From Endomicrobiia bacterium (GTDB lineage Bacteria > Elusimicrobiota > Endomicrobiia > DTEH01), in the NCBI GenBank assembly GCA_039630545.1, contig JBCNUU010000001.1, forward strand, positions 128,001 to 192,000: a DNA stretch of 64,000 nt, given 5' to 3'. Of the stretch, positions 48,751-58,485 are shown one piece after another. The notes beneath the pieces are model-generated. The model did not search any database and had not been told where the DNA came from. It saw nothing but the letters and a program-made list of their open reading frames with translations. Every line of letters begins with the position of its first letter. Position 1 is the first letter of the stretch. The position numbers were made by a program, and so were the translations under genes.

Positions 48751-50742
48751 ATGAATAATATAATAAACATCTCTGTGATAGGTTCATCTACTTCAGGTAA
48801 AACTTCTTTAGTTGAAGCAATTTCATTTTTGGCCGGTATAACTTCAAGATTAGGAAGTGTTCAAGACGGAAACACTATATCAGATTATTTGCCTGAAGAA
48901 ATAGAAAAACAAATGTCAATAAGTAATTCTGTAATTACATTCACTTATAAAGATAAAAAAATAAATTTAATAGATACACCAGGATTTCCTGATTTTATAG
49001 GAGAAGTTTTGTGTGCTTTAAACGTAGTAGAAAATTGTATTTTAGTGGTAAGTGGAGACTCACAGCTGGATGCCCAAACCATGGACTTTGTAGATATGCT
49101 TCGCGAAAAGCAAATACCTTTTGTTACAGTAATAAGTAAAATGGACAAGGAAAATATTAATTTTGAAGAGAAATTAAAAGAGATTGAAGAAAAATTGGAG
49201 TTAAATTTTACTCCTGTTACAATTCCTAAATCTGTTAGTAGTAATCTTGAAATTATTAATTTGTTATCTCTTCAAGAGAGACCCTCGCAAGCTGAAATTG
49301 CTAAACTTTATGATAAATTTTTTGAAAATGTTGTCAGTTTAAATGAACAGCTTATGGAGAAATATTTAAATAATGAAAAAATCTCTTTAAATGAAATTTC
49401 CTCACAAGTTAGAATAGGATACCAATCCTTACAGATAAGACCTTTGTTTTGTGCTTCTTTTAACAAATTAGTTGGTGTTAAAGAAATTTTAGAATTTGTT
49501 TTAGAAAACTTTACAGATGCCCAAAGTGTTTTAAAAAAGAATGGATTTTCTTTAGATCAGCAAGTATCAGCTTTAGTGTTTAAAACTGTAAGTGAACCTG
49601 GCATGGGACAGATGAATTATATTAAGGTTTATAGTGGAAAGTTTGTAAGTGGTATGGATGTTAAAAATATTACAAGGAATATTACAGAACGAATAGGTCA
49701 ATTAGTGTTTTTACAAGGTAAAAAACGTCAGGAACTAAATGAGATTGTATTTGGAGATATTGGCGGATTGATTAAGCTTAAAGATACAAGAACAAATGAT
49801 ATTTTATCTAACGATGAAACATTAGCAAAAAAAATAAAAAGAATAGAATTTCCAGAACCTTTAACAGATATGGCTGTAGTAAGTAAGTCTAAGGGAGAAG
49901 AGGAAAAAGTAGGTAACGCTTTCAGTAATATTCTGTTAGAAGATCCGACTTTAAGATTTAAATACAATCCAGAAATAAAACAAATGATAGTTTCAGGGAT
50001 AGGCTTTACTCAGTTGGATATTATAGTTAAAAGAATAAAATCAAGATATAATGTTGAAGTTGATCTCATTAAACCGAAAATACCTTATAAAGAAACAATT
50101 AAGAAAAAAACAGAAGCTGAAGGTAAATACAAAAGACAGTCAGGAGGAAGAGGGCAGTATGGTCATTGTTTCCTAAGAGTTGAACCTCTTCCGCGAGGAA
50201 AAGGTTTTGAGTTTGTAGATGAAATTTTTGGAGGGGTTATTCCTAAAAACTATATACCTTCTGTTGAAAAAGGTGTTTTGGAAAAAATGGCAGAGGGTGT
50301 GATTGCTGGCTATCCGGTGGTTGATATAAAAGTTACATTATATGACGGTTCTTATCATGAAGTAGATTCTTCTGATATGGCATTTAAAATTGCTGCAAGA
50401 ATGGCTCTTCAAAAAGCAATAATGGAAGGTTCTCCATGTATTTTAGAACCAATAATGGATGTTGAAATAAAAGTTCCTGAAGAGTACCTTGGGAATGTCA
50501 TAGGAGATATAAATAGTAGAAGAGGTAGAATAATATCTTTTGAAAAAGAACATAAATATCAAAAAATTAAAGCACAGATTCCTTTAGCTGAACTTCACGG
50601 ATATACTATGGATTTAAGGAGTTTAACTAAAGGTGCAGGTAAATTTTCAATGAAACTTTCTCACTATGAAGAGTTACCACCACATCTATCTCAGCCTTTA
50701 ATTGAAGAATATCAAAAAAGTAAAACTCAACAAGAAGAATAA
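48751..50742 (+). CDS. Elongation factor G paralog (EF-G2-like) with divergent GTPase motifs
   Basis: EF-G domain order; RQSGGRGQYGH and SYHEVDSS retained; G1 GSSTSGKT, DTPGF, SKMD; not in the rpsL-rpsG operon. Confidence 0.9.
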   Translation: MNNIINISVIGSSTSGKTSLVEAISFLAGITSRLGSVQDGNTISDYLPEEIEKQMSISNSVITFTYKDKKINLIDTPGFPDFIGEVLCALNVVENCILVVSGDSQLDAQTMDFVDMLREKQIPFVTVISKMDKENINFEEKLKEIEEKLELNFTPVTIPKSVSSNLEIINLLSLQERPSQAEIAKLYDKFFENVVSLNEQLMEKYLNNEKISLNEISSQVRIGYQSLQIRPLFCASFNKLVGVKEILEFVLENFTDAQSVLKKNGFSLDQQVSALVFKTVSEPGMGQMNYIKVYSGKFVSGMDVKNITRNITERIGQLVFLQGKKRQELNEIVFGDIGGLIKLKDTRTNDILSNDETLAKKIKRIEFPEPLTDMAVVSKSKGEEEKVGNAFSNILLEDPTLRFKYNPEIKQMIVSGIGFTQLDIIVKRIKSRYNVEVDLIKPKIPYKETIKKKTEAEGKYKRQSGGRGQYGHCFLRVEPLPRGKGFEFVDEIFGGVIPKNYIPSVEKGVLEKMAEGVIAGYPVVDIKVTLYDGSYHEVDSSDMAFKIAARMALQKAIMEGSPCILEPIMDVEIKVPEEYLGNVIGDINSRRGRIISFEKEHKYQKIKAQIPLAELHGYTMDLRSLTKGAGKFSMKLSHYEELPPHLSQPLIEEYQKSKTQQEE

Positions 50743-50768
50743 TTTATGTTTAAAGGAGGATTTTAAAA

Positions 50769-51377
50769 ATGAAAAACATATTACAAATGATTTTTTTAAT
50801 TGTAATTTGTTGTTTTATTTTTAACAGTTGTGCTACAACTCCTACTGTTACCAGGATAGATGTTTCTGAACAGATAGATTTAAGTGGAGAATGGAATGAT
50901 ACTGATTCTCAACTTGTAGCTGCTGAGATGATAAAAGATGCGTTAAGCCGTCCATGGATAGATGAATTTGTTTCAAAGAAAAAACAAAAGCCCAGAATAA
51001 TAGTAGGTACAGTAAAAAATCGTTCTCATGAACATATAAATACTCAGACTTTTGTTAAAGATCTGGAAAGAGAATTAATAAATTCAGGAAGAGTAGTATT
51101 TGTAGCTTCTAAAGAAGAAAGACAGGAAATAAGGGAAGAAAAACTTGACCAGATGATGCATGCTTCAGCTGCTACGAGAAAACAGTTAGGGGAAGAATGG
51201 GGTGCAGATTTTATTCTTCAAGGACAGATAAACACTATTCTTGATCAAGCTGGCAACAAAACTGTAAAATATTATCAAGTTGAATTAGAAATGGTAAATA
51301 TCTTGACTCATGAAAAAGTCTGGATAGGGCAGAAAAAAATTAAAAAGCTTGTTGAACGTCCAAGAACTAGGTTCTGA
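50769..51377 (+). CDS. LpoB-like lipoprotein (putative PBP activator)
   Basis: Lipobox FNSC; DLSG.WND.D, V.N.S.EHI, GADFIL.G.I, YQV.L...N..T...VW. Confidence 0.75.
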   Translation: MKNILQMIFLIVICCFIFNSCATTPTVTRIDVSEQIDLSGEWNDTDSQLVAAEMIKDALSRPWIDEFVSKKKQKPRIIVGTVKNRSHEHINTQTFVKDLERELINSGRVVFVASKEERQEIREEKLDQMMHASAATRKQLGEEWGADFILQGQINTILDQAGNKTVKYYQVELEMVNILTHEKVWIGQKKIKKLVERPRTRF

Positions 51378-51398
51378 TTAAATTTGTTATTTAAAAAT

Positions 51399-52358
51399 AT
51401 GAAAGTTTTAATTACAGGTGGTGCTGGTTTTATAGGTTCTCATTTAACAGATGAATGTTTAAGAAAAGGTTGGGATGTGGTGGTTGTAGATAATCTTTCT
51501 ACAGGAAAACAAAAAAATGTAAATAAAAATGCTAAGTTTTATATGGTTGATATTACAGATCTAGGAACACTAAGAGATATATTCAAAAAGGAAAAACCAC
51601 AAATAGTAAGTCATCATGCTGCTCAGATAGATGTAAGAAAGTCTGTAAGTAATCCTCAGTATGATGCAACTGTAAACATAATTGGTTCTTTAAATTTACT
51701 GCAACTTTCTGTAGAATATAAAGTTAAAAAATTTATATTTGCTTCTTCAGGTGGAACTATTTATGGGGAATGCAAGAATAAAACCGCGCCTAAAGAAACA
51801 TCAAGAATGTCTCCTGAATCTCCCTATGGTTGTGCAAAATCTTCAGTGGAGCTTTATTTGTGGTATTACTATAAAGTTTATGGATTAAATGCGATCTCTT
51901 TAAGATATGCTAATGTATATGGCCCAAGACAGGATCCAAAAGGAGAGGCAGGAGTGGTAGCTATATTTATAGATAAAATGTTAAACAATCAAGATGTGTA
52001 TATCTATGGGGATGGTAATCAAATGAGAGACTTTGTATATGTAAAAGATGTAGTGGATGCTAATATAAAAAGCATGCTTAGCAAAAAAGAATTTGGTATC
52101 TTTAATGTAGCCACTGGTAAATCAATTTCTATCAATAAAATATTCAATCTTCTTAGTAAGTTTTTAGAATACCACAAACCACCAATATATAAACCATCCA
52201 GACCAGGTGAGATATTTAGAAGTTGTCTTAATATTGAGTTAATAAAAAAAGAACTTAAATGGAAACCGAGATTTTCAATTGTAGATGGACTTAAAGAAAC
52301 TGTTTTATATTTTAAAAATCAATTTAGTATAAATGGAAAAATCCAAAATTATAAATGA
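51399..52358 (+). CDS. NAD-dependent epimerase (UDP-glucose 4-epimerase-like)
   Basis: GGAGFIGSH, HHAAQIDVRKS, SSGG.IYG, YGCAK, RYANVYGPRQ. Confidence 0.93.
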   Translation: MKVLITGGAGFIGSHLTDECLRKGWDVVVVDNLSTGKQKNVNKNAKFYMVDITDLGTLRDIFKKEKPQIVSHHAAQIDVRKSVSNPQYDATVNIIGSLNLLQLSVEYKVKKFIFASSGGTIYGECKNKTAPKETSRMSPESPYGCAKSSVELYLWYYYKVYGLNAISLRYANVYGPRQDPKGEAGVVAIFIDKMLNNQDVYIYGDGNQMRDFVYVKDVVDANIKSMLSKKEFGIFNVATGKSISINKIFNLLSKFLEYHKPPIYKPSRPGEIFRSCLNIELIKKELKWKPRFSIVDGLKETVLYFKNQFSINGKIQNYK

Positions 52359-52941
52359 TTTAATTAATATTTTTAAAAATTTTCCTTCAGTAGGTCCAAA
52401 AACCGCAGAAAGATTTTCTTATTTTCTTTTAGATAATGAAAATTTGTTGGATTCCTTTATAGAAGTTTTAACAAAGATAAAAAATAATGTAATTAAGTGT
52501 AAATATTGCCATAACTTTTCATCTGTAAATCCTTGCGAAATTTGTACAGATCCAAAAAGAGATTTTAAACTTTTATGTGTGGTGGAAAAGTATCAGGATA
52601 TTTATTCTATAGAAAATACAGAATATAATGGTTTATATTATGTGCTAGGAACAATTATAAATCCTCTTGAAGGTAAAATGCCTAGTAGTTTAGATGTAGA
52701 ATCTTTATATAAAAGAATAGTAAATGTAGAAGAAAATTATAAACCCGACGAAGTAATTATAGCTTTAGGTTTTACAACAGAAGCAGACATTACTTCAAAT
52801 TTTATAACTGAATATCTAAAGTCTAAGAATTTAAAAATAAAAATGTCTAGAATTGCTAAAGGTTTACCTGTAGGGGCTGAGGTAGAATATTCAGATCCAC
52901 AGACTTTAAGTTTTGCTTTTAAAAATAGAGTAATTATATGA
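52333..52941 (+). CDS. recR: Recombination mediator RecR
   Basis: P.VGPKTAER, C4 zinc finger, LCVVE, Toprim region, RIAKGLPVG. Confidence 0.95.
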   Translation: MEKSKIINDLINIFKNFPSVGPKTAERFSYFLLDNENLLDSFIEVLTKIKNNVIKCKYCHNFSSVNPCEICTDPKRDFKLLCVVEKYQDIYSIENTEYNGLYYVLGTIINPLEGKMPSSLDVESLYKRIVNVEENYKPDEVIIALGFTTEADITSNFITEYLKSKNLKIKMSRIAKGLPVGAEVEYSDPQTLSFAFKNRVII

Positions 52942-55529
52942 AAATCTCTCAACCAGAATTTCCAACTCGTCTATATTTAATACTTGATAATCTGTTAAAG
53001 TATAGTTTGCCTGTGTTTTATTTTCTTATAGCTGTAATGTTTTATTTAAGAACATATGACTCCTGTCAAATAAAAATAACGATTTTTCAGATAGGTGGTA
53101 CTGTGATGGTATTATTGTGGTTTTTGAAATCACTAGAAAATCTGAAAGAAACAAAAGAATTTTATTTTAAAAACTGGCAGATAACTTTGGTATTTGTTTT
53201 ATTTTTGCTTTCAGGTATTCAGTCGCACATTTTTATGTCACCTCTTAAAAAAGCCTCGGGAATGGAGTTGATAAGAAGAGTTATATATATGTTGTCTGTT
53301 TTGGTGATAATGAAAGAAATAGATAGCATAGAAAAATTTCAAAGGATGATAAGATGGCTTCTAGCTGCGTTGTTTATATCTACTTTTTATGGTATTATTC
53401 AATATCTGGATATAAAATATTTCCCTCCTAATCCTGCAGTTGGCTTAGATCCTTTTATTTGGAGGCAGGCTTTTGGTAGCAGAATATTTTCTACATTTGG
53501 TAATCCGAATTTTTATGGAGATTTTCTTGTAACAATGGCACCTGTAAGTTTATCATTGTTTTTATATAAGAAAAAAATTTTCTTTTTAATACTCTGGATA
53601 ATGACTTTATTTAACACATATGTTACTTACTCAAAAGGAGCTTGGATTGGATTTGTTGCTGGATTTATTTATTTTTGTTTTTTATACATAATATTTTTTA
53701 TTCATACTAAACAGCAAAAAATTAGGATTTATGTTTTAATAGCAAGCATATTTGCGATTTTGATTACTACATATGGAGTTTATTTTCAGTTAACACAGCG
53801 TACGGATTCTGCAAAGTTTAGAATTTATACATGGCTTTCTTGCTGGGAAATGATAAATACCTCGCCTGTTCTTGGCACAGGTATAGGAACTTTTTATGTT
53901 ACTTATCCAGCATGGAGAAGACCTCAAATTTTTTATATCGAAGGTAAACATAACACAGAATCAGATCATCCTGAAAATGAATATTTAGAAGTGTTGTATG
54001 ATGAAGGTATAGTTGGTTTTGGAATATTTTTGTTTATTATAACTTTATTGGTTGTTTCATCTATTAAAGCACTTAAAAAATTTTCTTACGGAGTAATTAC
54101 AATAGATAAAAAGGGAACCAAAAAAGAAATTACACAGGATATAAGAGCGTTTTACTTATTAGGATTTCTTTCTGGATGGTTGGGATCACTTACTCATAAC
54201 TGGGTATGTGTTTCAATGAGGTTTGTATCTTCTGGAAGTATTGTATGGATGATGGCTGGTTTGATATGTTCTTTGTTGATTAATAATCCTTTGTCTGAAA
54301 AATCAAAACAAGCAGATGTTTTATCTCCACTGACAATTTTATTTTTTATATGTATGTTCTGGTTTTTAAATTTTTTATGGTGGAAAATGACTACAGATGT
54401 TTCTTTAGCAGTAAGTGTTTTTTTATTTGTGTTAGGAATTATATTAGAGACGAGAACTTTAAAACCCTTAAATTTAGCTACTAATTTTTCTGCTTCTAAG
54501 AAATCTATTGTTTTGAGAATTACACAATTGGCTTCTTTTATTGTTTCTTTTTATTTGATGAATATTTTTAGAGGATATTTTATAGGTGATATACATCATA
54601 ATATAGCAATTTTTTATTCAAAACAAGGCAATTGGTCTGAGGCCTTAAATAACTACAATATAGTAGCTAAAAATAATCCTGGGTTCATAATGTGCCACTA
54701 TTTTATGGGAAATGTATTTAATGACCGGTGGAGTTTACAAAGGGAATACCATCCTGAATGGGGAGACAAAGAAAGTGACACTCCATTTGTGGAAATAGAT
54801 TTAGGTAAACCTGGAAGAGTAGATCCTGAAAGATCTATTTCAAAATATCAAGATGTTTGGAGGTTAGCTCCTAATTATGTTCAAAGTCATCATCAAGCAG
54901 GTGTAGTGTATATGAAATTAGGTTTGCATTTTAGAAACATAGACATTCAAAAGTCCATCCTTTATTTTAATAAAGCTCTTGAATATTTTTGGAAATACCA
55001 CAAAATCGATCCTATCTTTCCGGTAAACTATCAACGAATGGCATCCATTTACCTAACTTTAGGTAATTTAGAAATGGCAGAGAAGGTGCTAAAAGGTCAT
55101 CTTTTTACACAGTGGTTGTGTCAAAATCCTGAAGATATTATCAACCCTAAAAAAATAAAGACTGAACAAGATAAAATTAAATATGAAGAAATAAAACAAA
55201 GATTTGAAGAAGAAAAAAACTGGCACTGCTGTGATTATCATAAAAGAGAACATTACCTTTTATCTACTGAAAACTGGGCCAGAAGAAGATCACATGAGTA
55301 TTCTGAAACGTATTTACAACTAGCTAAACTTTTTGTTGGAAGAAATAATTCTGAGGCAGAAAAATTCTTTATTCGTGCTGTTAAAGTGTATCCTCAAAAT
55401 TTTCAGGCCTGGAAAAGTTTGATAACTTTTTATCAACAATTTAACCTCAATGACAAGATAAAGGAAACAATTAAATGGTATACTCAAGAGTTTCCACAAG
55501 ACAAAGAGTTGTCTAACCTAAAAAATTAA
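52938..55529 (+). CDS. O-antigen ligase (Wzy_C)-family membrane protein with C-terminal TPRs
   Basis: Many TM helices, FSTFGNPNF, TYSKGAW, R..W..I...P.LG.G.G.F, HPENEYL; TPR tail. Confidence 0.85.
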   Translation: MKISQPEFPTRLYLILDNLLKYSLPVFYFLIAVMFYLRTYDSCQIKITIFQIGGTVMVLLWFLKSLENLKETKEFYFKNWQITLVFVLFLLSGIQSHIFMSPLKKASGMELIRRVIYMLSVLVIMKEIDSIEKFQRMIRWLLAALFISTFYGIIQYLDIKYFPPNPAVGLDPFIWRQAFGSRIFSTFGNPNFYGDFLVTMAPVSLSLFLYKKKIFFLILWIMTLFNTYVTYSKGAWIGFVAGFIYFCFLYIIFFIHTKQQKIRIYVLIASIFAILITTYGVYFQLTQRTDSAKFRIYTWLSCWEMINTSPVLGTGIGTFYVTYPAWRRPQIFYIEGKHNTESDHPENEYLEVLYDEGIVGFGIFLFIITLLVVSSIKALKKFSYGVITIDKKGTKKEITQDIRAFYLLGFLSGWLGSLTHNWVCVSMRFVSSGSIVWMMAGLICSLLINNPLSEKSKQADVLSPLTILFFICMFWFLNFLWWKMTTDVSLAVSVFLFVLGIILETRTLKPLNLATNFSASKKSIVLRITQLASFIVSFYLMNIFRGYFIGDIHHNIAIFYSKQGNWSEALNNYNIVAKNNPGFIMCHYFMGNVFNDRWSLQREYHPEWGDKESDTPFVEIDLGKPGRVDPERSISKYQDVWRLAPNYVQSHHQAGVVYMKLGLHFRNIDIQKSILYFNKALEYFWKYHKIDPIFPVNYQRMASIYLTLGNLEMAEKVLKGHLFTQWLCQNPEDIINPKKIKTEQDKIKYEEIKQRFEEEKNWHCCDYHKREHYLLSTENWARRRSHEYSETYLQLAKLFVGRNNSEAEKFFIRAVKVYPQNFQAWKSLITFYQQFNLNDKIKETIKWYTQEFPQDKELSNLKN

Positions 55530-55544
55530 GCGATATTAATCTCA

Positions 55545-57914
55545 ATGAAATCTAAAACTATAAACTTTCTTTTTTATTCATTAATAACAATATCACCCCT
55601 TGTCTTCTTTACTGATCTTACAAGAAATCCATATTACTTTCAGATTGTTTTTGCTCAATCAATGATGGTGGTGTTATGGATAATAATTTTGTTAAGAAAT
55701 AAAGATGGAATTTATCATTTTACAAATCCTTTTGAAATTCCAATGTTTAGTTTTTATGGTTTTGCAGTAATCAGTTGGGGTATATCAATGTTTTTGAATC
55801 ACAATTATAAAGTCCCAGAAGTTATTTTTGATTCTCTTAAAGTTTACAAAAAAAATTTTCTTTTAATGAGTATGTTTAATGAGGGTTTAAAAAAATTTAT
55901 TTTTACTATCACAAATATAATTTTGGTTTATGTTTTTGCTACAAATTATGTAAATAGAGAAAATTTTAAAAAAATTTATTTTACTTTCTTTATCGTTGGA
56001 TTTTTGGCAAGTATATATGGAATTTTGCAATACTTTGGTATAGAATTAATATGGCCTAAAGTTCTTAATCCATTTGGAGGTAGATGTGTTTCTACTTTTG
56101 GAAATCCAAATTTTTTGTCGTCATTTTTGATTTTACTTTTTCCAATAATGATGGTAGAATATTTTTATGGGAATAGTGTGGTTATGTTTATATTTTTAAT
56201 TGTTTATTTTTTTGCGCTTCTTGCTACATTGACAAGATCCTCCTGGTTAGGATTGACAGCAAGTTTAGTTTATATTTTTATTATTTTGTTTATAGAAGAA
56301 AAAAAAGTGTTAAAGGAAAATAAAAATAAAATTTTAATTTTGTTAGGAGTTTTAGTTTTAACATTTTTAATATGGCCTAAAAGTCCTGTTGGTAAAAATC
56401 CTTCTGCAATTGAGAGATTATTAGAAGTTAGACAAGCAAAAGAGATATATAGTCCTTTACATCAAAGATTTCTTATATGGTTGTGTGGTTTTGATATGAT
56501 AAAAGAGAAACCTATAACAGGTAAGGGATGGGGTTTATTTGAACTTTTTTATCCATTCTATCAAGGAAAATATCTTTTTATTAAAAAACTATCACATAGA
56601 ACACATGCAAATAACGCGCATAATGAAATTATAGAAGTATGGTCTCAGACAGGTACTGTAGGGTTAGGAATTTATATTTTATTTTTAATCACATTTTTTA
56701 TCTATAGTTATAAGTTATTTAAGAGAGAAAAACAAATTTATTACAAACTTGTAATTTTAGCAATATCAAGTTCAGTGTTAGGAATGCTGATAGATAACTT
56801 ACTAAATGTTTCGATTCATTTTTGTATTCCAGCATTTTTATATTTTTTTAATATAGGTGCTTTAGCTACTTTTGATGTTGCAAGAGTAAAAATAAAGGTT
56901 AAGTTTAAAAGTATTTTCAGATATTTGTTAGTGGTTGTCGGATTGTCTATTGTGATTCGTCTTTGGTTAAATTTCTTAGGTGAAATTAATTACTTTAAAG
57001 GTTTTAAATATTCCAAAAGGAATGATTTAGAACCTGCGTTGTATTATTTGTCTAAAGCAAATAAATTTCAAAAATATGAAGTAAATAATAATTATGAACT
57101 AGCGAACACATATGCTCGTCTTAAAAGATTAAAGGAAGCTGTATATTACTACTACGAAGCTTTAGCAAGCAATTGTGGGTATGATGAAATTCACTTTAAC
57201 TTAGCAACAGTTTATTCTCAGCTGAATAATTTTGATATTGCTAAGTTTCATTATACTCAAGCACTGTTTATAAATCCTTTGTCGAAAGAAGCTTATATGG
57301 CATTAGGAAGTATTTTTTTATCAGATATCGACAAAAATTTACAGTCAGCGGTTAAACTTTTTGAACAAGCAATTTTAGTTTTCCCAGAAGAAAAAGATTT
57401 TTATAATAATTTAGGTTATCTTTACATAAAATCTAATCAAGAACAGAAAGCTTTAGAATATTATGAGAAAGCTCTAAAAATAGACCCTAATTATGAATTT
57501 GCTAAAAAAAATTATATGATTTTAGCAAACAAACTGAATGTAAAAAACAATCTGGTTGTTATTTATAATGATATTTTTAACGAAATGTTAAAAGATATAA
57601 ATCAAAAAAAATTTGAAGAAGCAGAAATAAAGTGTTATAAACTTCTTGAAATCTTTCCTAACGATTACAATGCTAAATTTTATTTAGCCAATATTCTGTT
57701 TTCAAAAAATGAGTTTAGGAAAGCTTCTGATCTATACAAAGAAATAATTTTGGCTCAACCAGACAATTTGAATGTTAGGTACAACTATGCTGTTACTTTG
57801 GTTAAATTACAAAATTATAATGAAGCAGAAGAACATCTTAGATATATACTTTCAAAACAACCGAACAACATTCAGGCTAAACATTTATTAATAAGTATTA
57901 AAAAAAATTTTTGA
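55545..57914 (+). CDS. O-antigen ligase (Wzy_C)-family membrane protein with long C-terminal TPR array
   Basis: VSTFGNPNF, TLTRSSW, R..IW..I.EKP.TG.G.G.F, NAHNE; many TPRs. Confidence 0.87.
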   Translation: MKSKTINFLFYSLITISPLVFFTDLTRNPYYFQIVFAQSMMVVLWIIILLRNKDGIYHFTNPFEIPMFSFYGFAVISWGISMFLNHNYKVPEVIFDSLKVYKKNFLLMSMFNEGLKKFIFTITNIILVYVFATNYVNRENFKKIYFTFFIVGFLASIYGILQYFGIELIWPKVLNPFGGRCVSTFGNPNFLSSFLILLFPIMMVEYFYGNSVVMFIFLIVYFFALLATLTRSSWLGLTASLVYIFIILFIEEKKVLKENKNKILILLGVLVLTFLIWPKSPVGKNPSAIERLLEVRQAKEIYSPLHQRFLIWLCGFDMIKEKPITGKGWGLFELFYPFYQGKYLFIKKLSHRTHANNAHNEIIEVWSQTGTVGLGIYILFLITFFIYSYKLFKREKQIYYKLVILAISSSVLGMLIDNLLNVSIHFCIPAFLYFFNIGALATFDVARVKIKVKFKSIFRYLLVVVGLSIVIRLWLNFLGEINYFKGFKYSKRNDLEPALYYLSKANKFQKYEVNNNYELANTYARLKRLKEAVYYYYEALASNCGYDEIHFNLATVYSQLNNFDIAKFHYTQALFINPLSKEAYMALGSIFLSDIDKNLQSAVKLFEQAILVFPEEKDFYNNLGYLYIKSNQEQKALEYYEKALKIDPNYEFAKKNYMILANKLNVKNNLVVIYNDIFNEMLKDINQKKFEEAEIKCYKLLEIFPNDYNAKFYLANILFSKNEFRKASDLYKEIILAQPDNLNVRYNYAVTLVKLQNYNEAEEHLRYILSKQPNNIQAKHLLISIKKNF

Positions 57915-57962
57915 TATACTATTGAAAATTTTTAGAATTATTTATAAAAAATAAACATCTTA

Positions 57963-58003
57963 AGCAGTATAGGTTAGGTCGTTGAGCTTGATCTGATACT
58001 GCT
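57963..58003 (+). promoter_or_regulatory. Structured leader hairpin upstream of csp
   Basis: AGCAGTAT/ATACTGCT stem extended by AGGTTAGG/CTTGATCT with three G-U pairs. Confidence 0.55.
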
Positions 58004-58036
58004 ACATTTTTATTTTTAAGGGAGGTGTTAAAAGAA

Positions 58037-58249
58037 GTGGTAAAAGGTAAAGTAAAGTGGTTTAATGAGAAGAAAGGCTTTGGGTTCATTAGTTGTGAAG
58101 ATGGCTCAGGTGATGTATTTGTGCATTATTCGGGTATCCAAAAGAAAGGTTTTAAAACTCTGAAAGAGGGCGAAGAAGTAGAATTTGAAATTACTACGAC
58201 AAGCAAAGGTCCGAAAGCAATTAATGTTAAAAAATTAAACAAATTTTAA
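58037..58249 (+). CDS. Cold-shock domain protein
   Basis: GKVKWFN, KGFGFI (RNP1), VFVHYS (RNP2); SD GGAGGTG favours GTG 58037 over 58025. Confidence 0.96.
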   Translation: MVKGKVKWFNEKKGFGFISCEDGSGDVFVHYSGIQKKGFKTLKEGEEVEFEITTTSKGPKAINVKKLNKF

Positions 58250-58485
58250 TATTATTGACACTTTGTGCAGAAAAATTTTGCTTTGGTTATATTTGTTATA
58301 ACCAAATTTAAGTAGCACAAAGTTATATATAATAAGATTTTACTGATAGTTAGTTGGTAAAGTCTTATTTATTAAAAAATAAAACTTTTTTAGAAAATTG
58401 GTTTGTCTTTCCTTAATAATAATTACTTCTTGTATTTCTCTTGCTTATTTTATATTAAGATATAAATTTTAGGAGAAAAACCACC

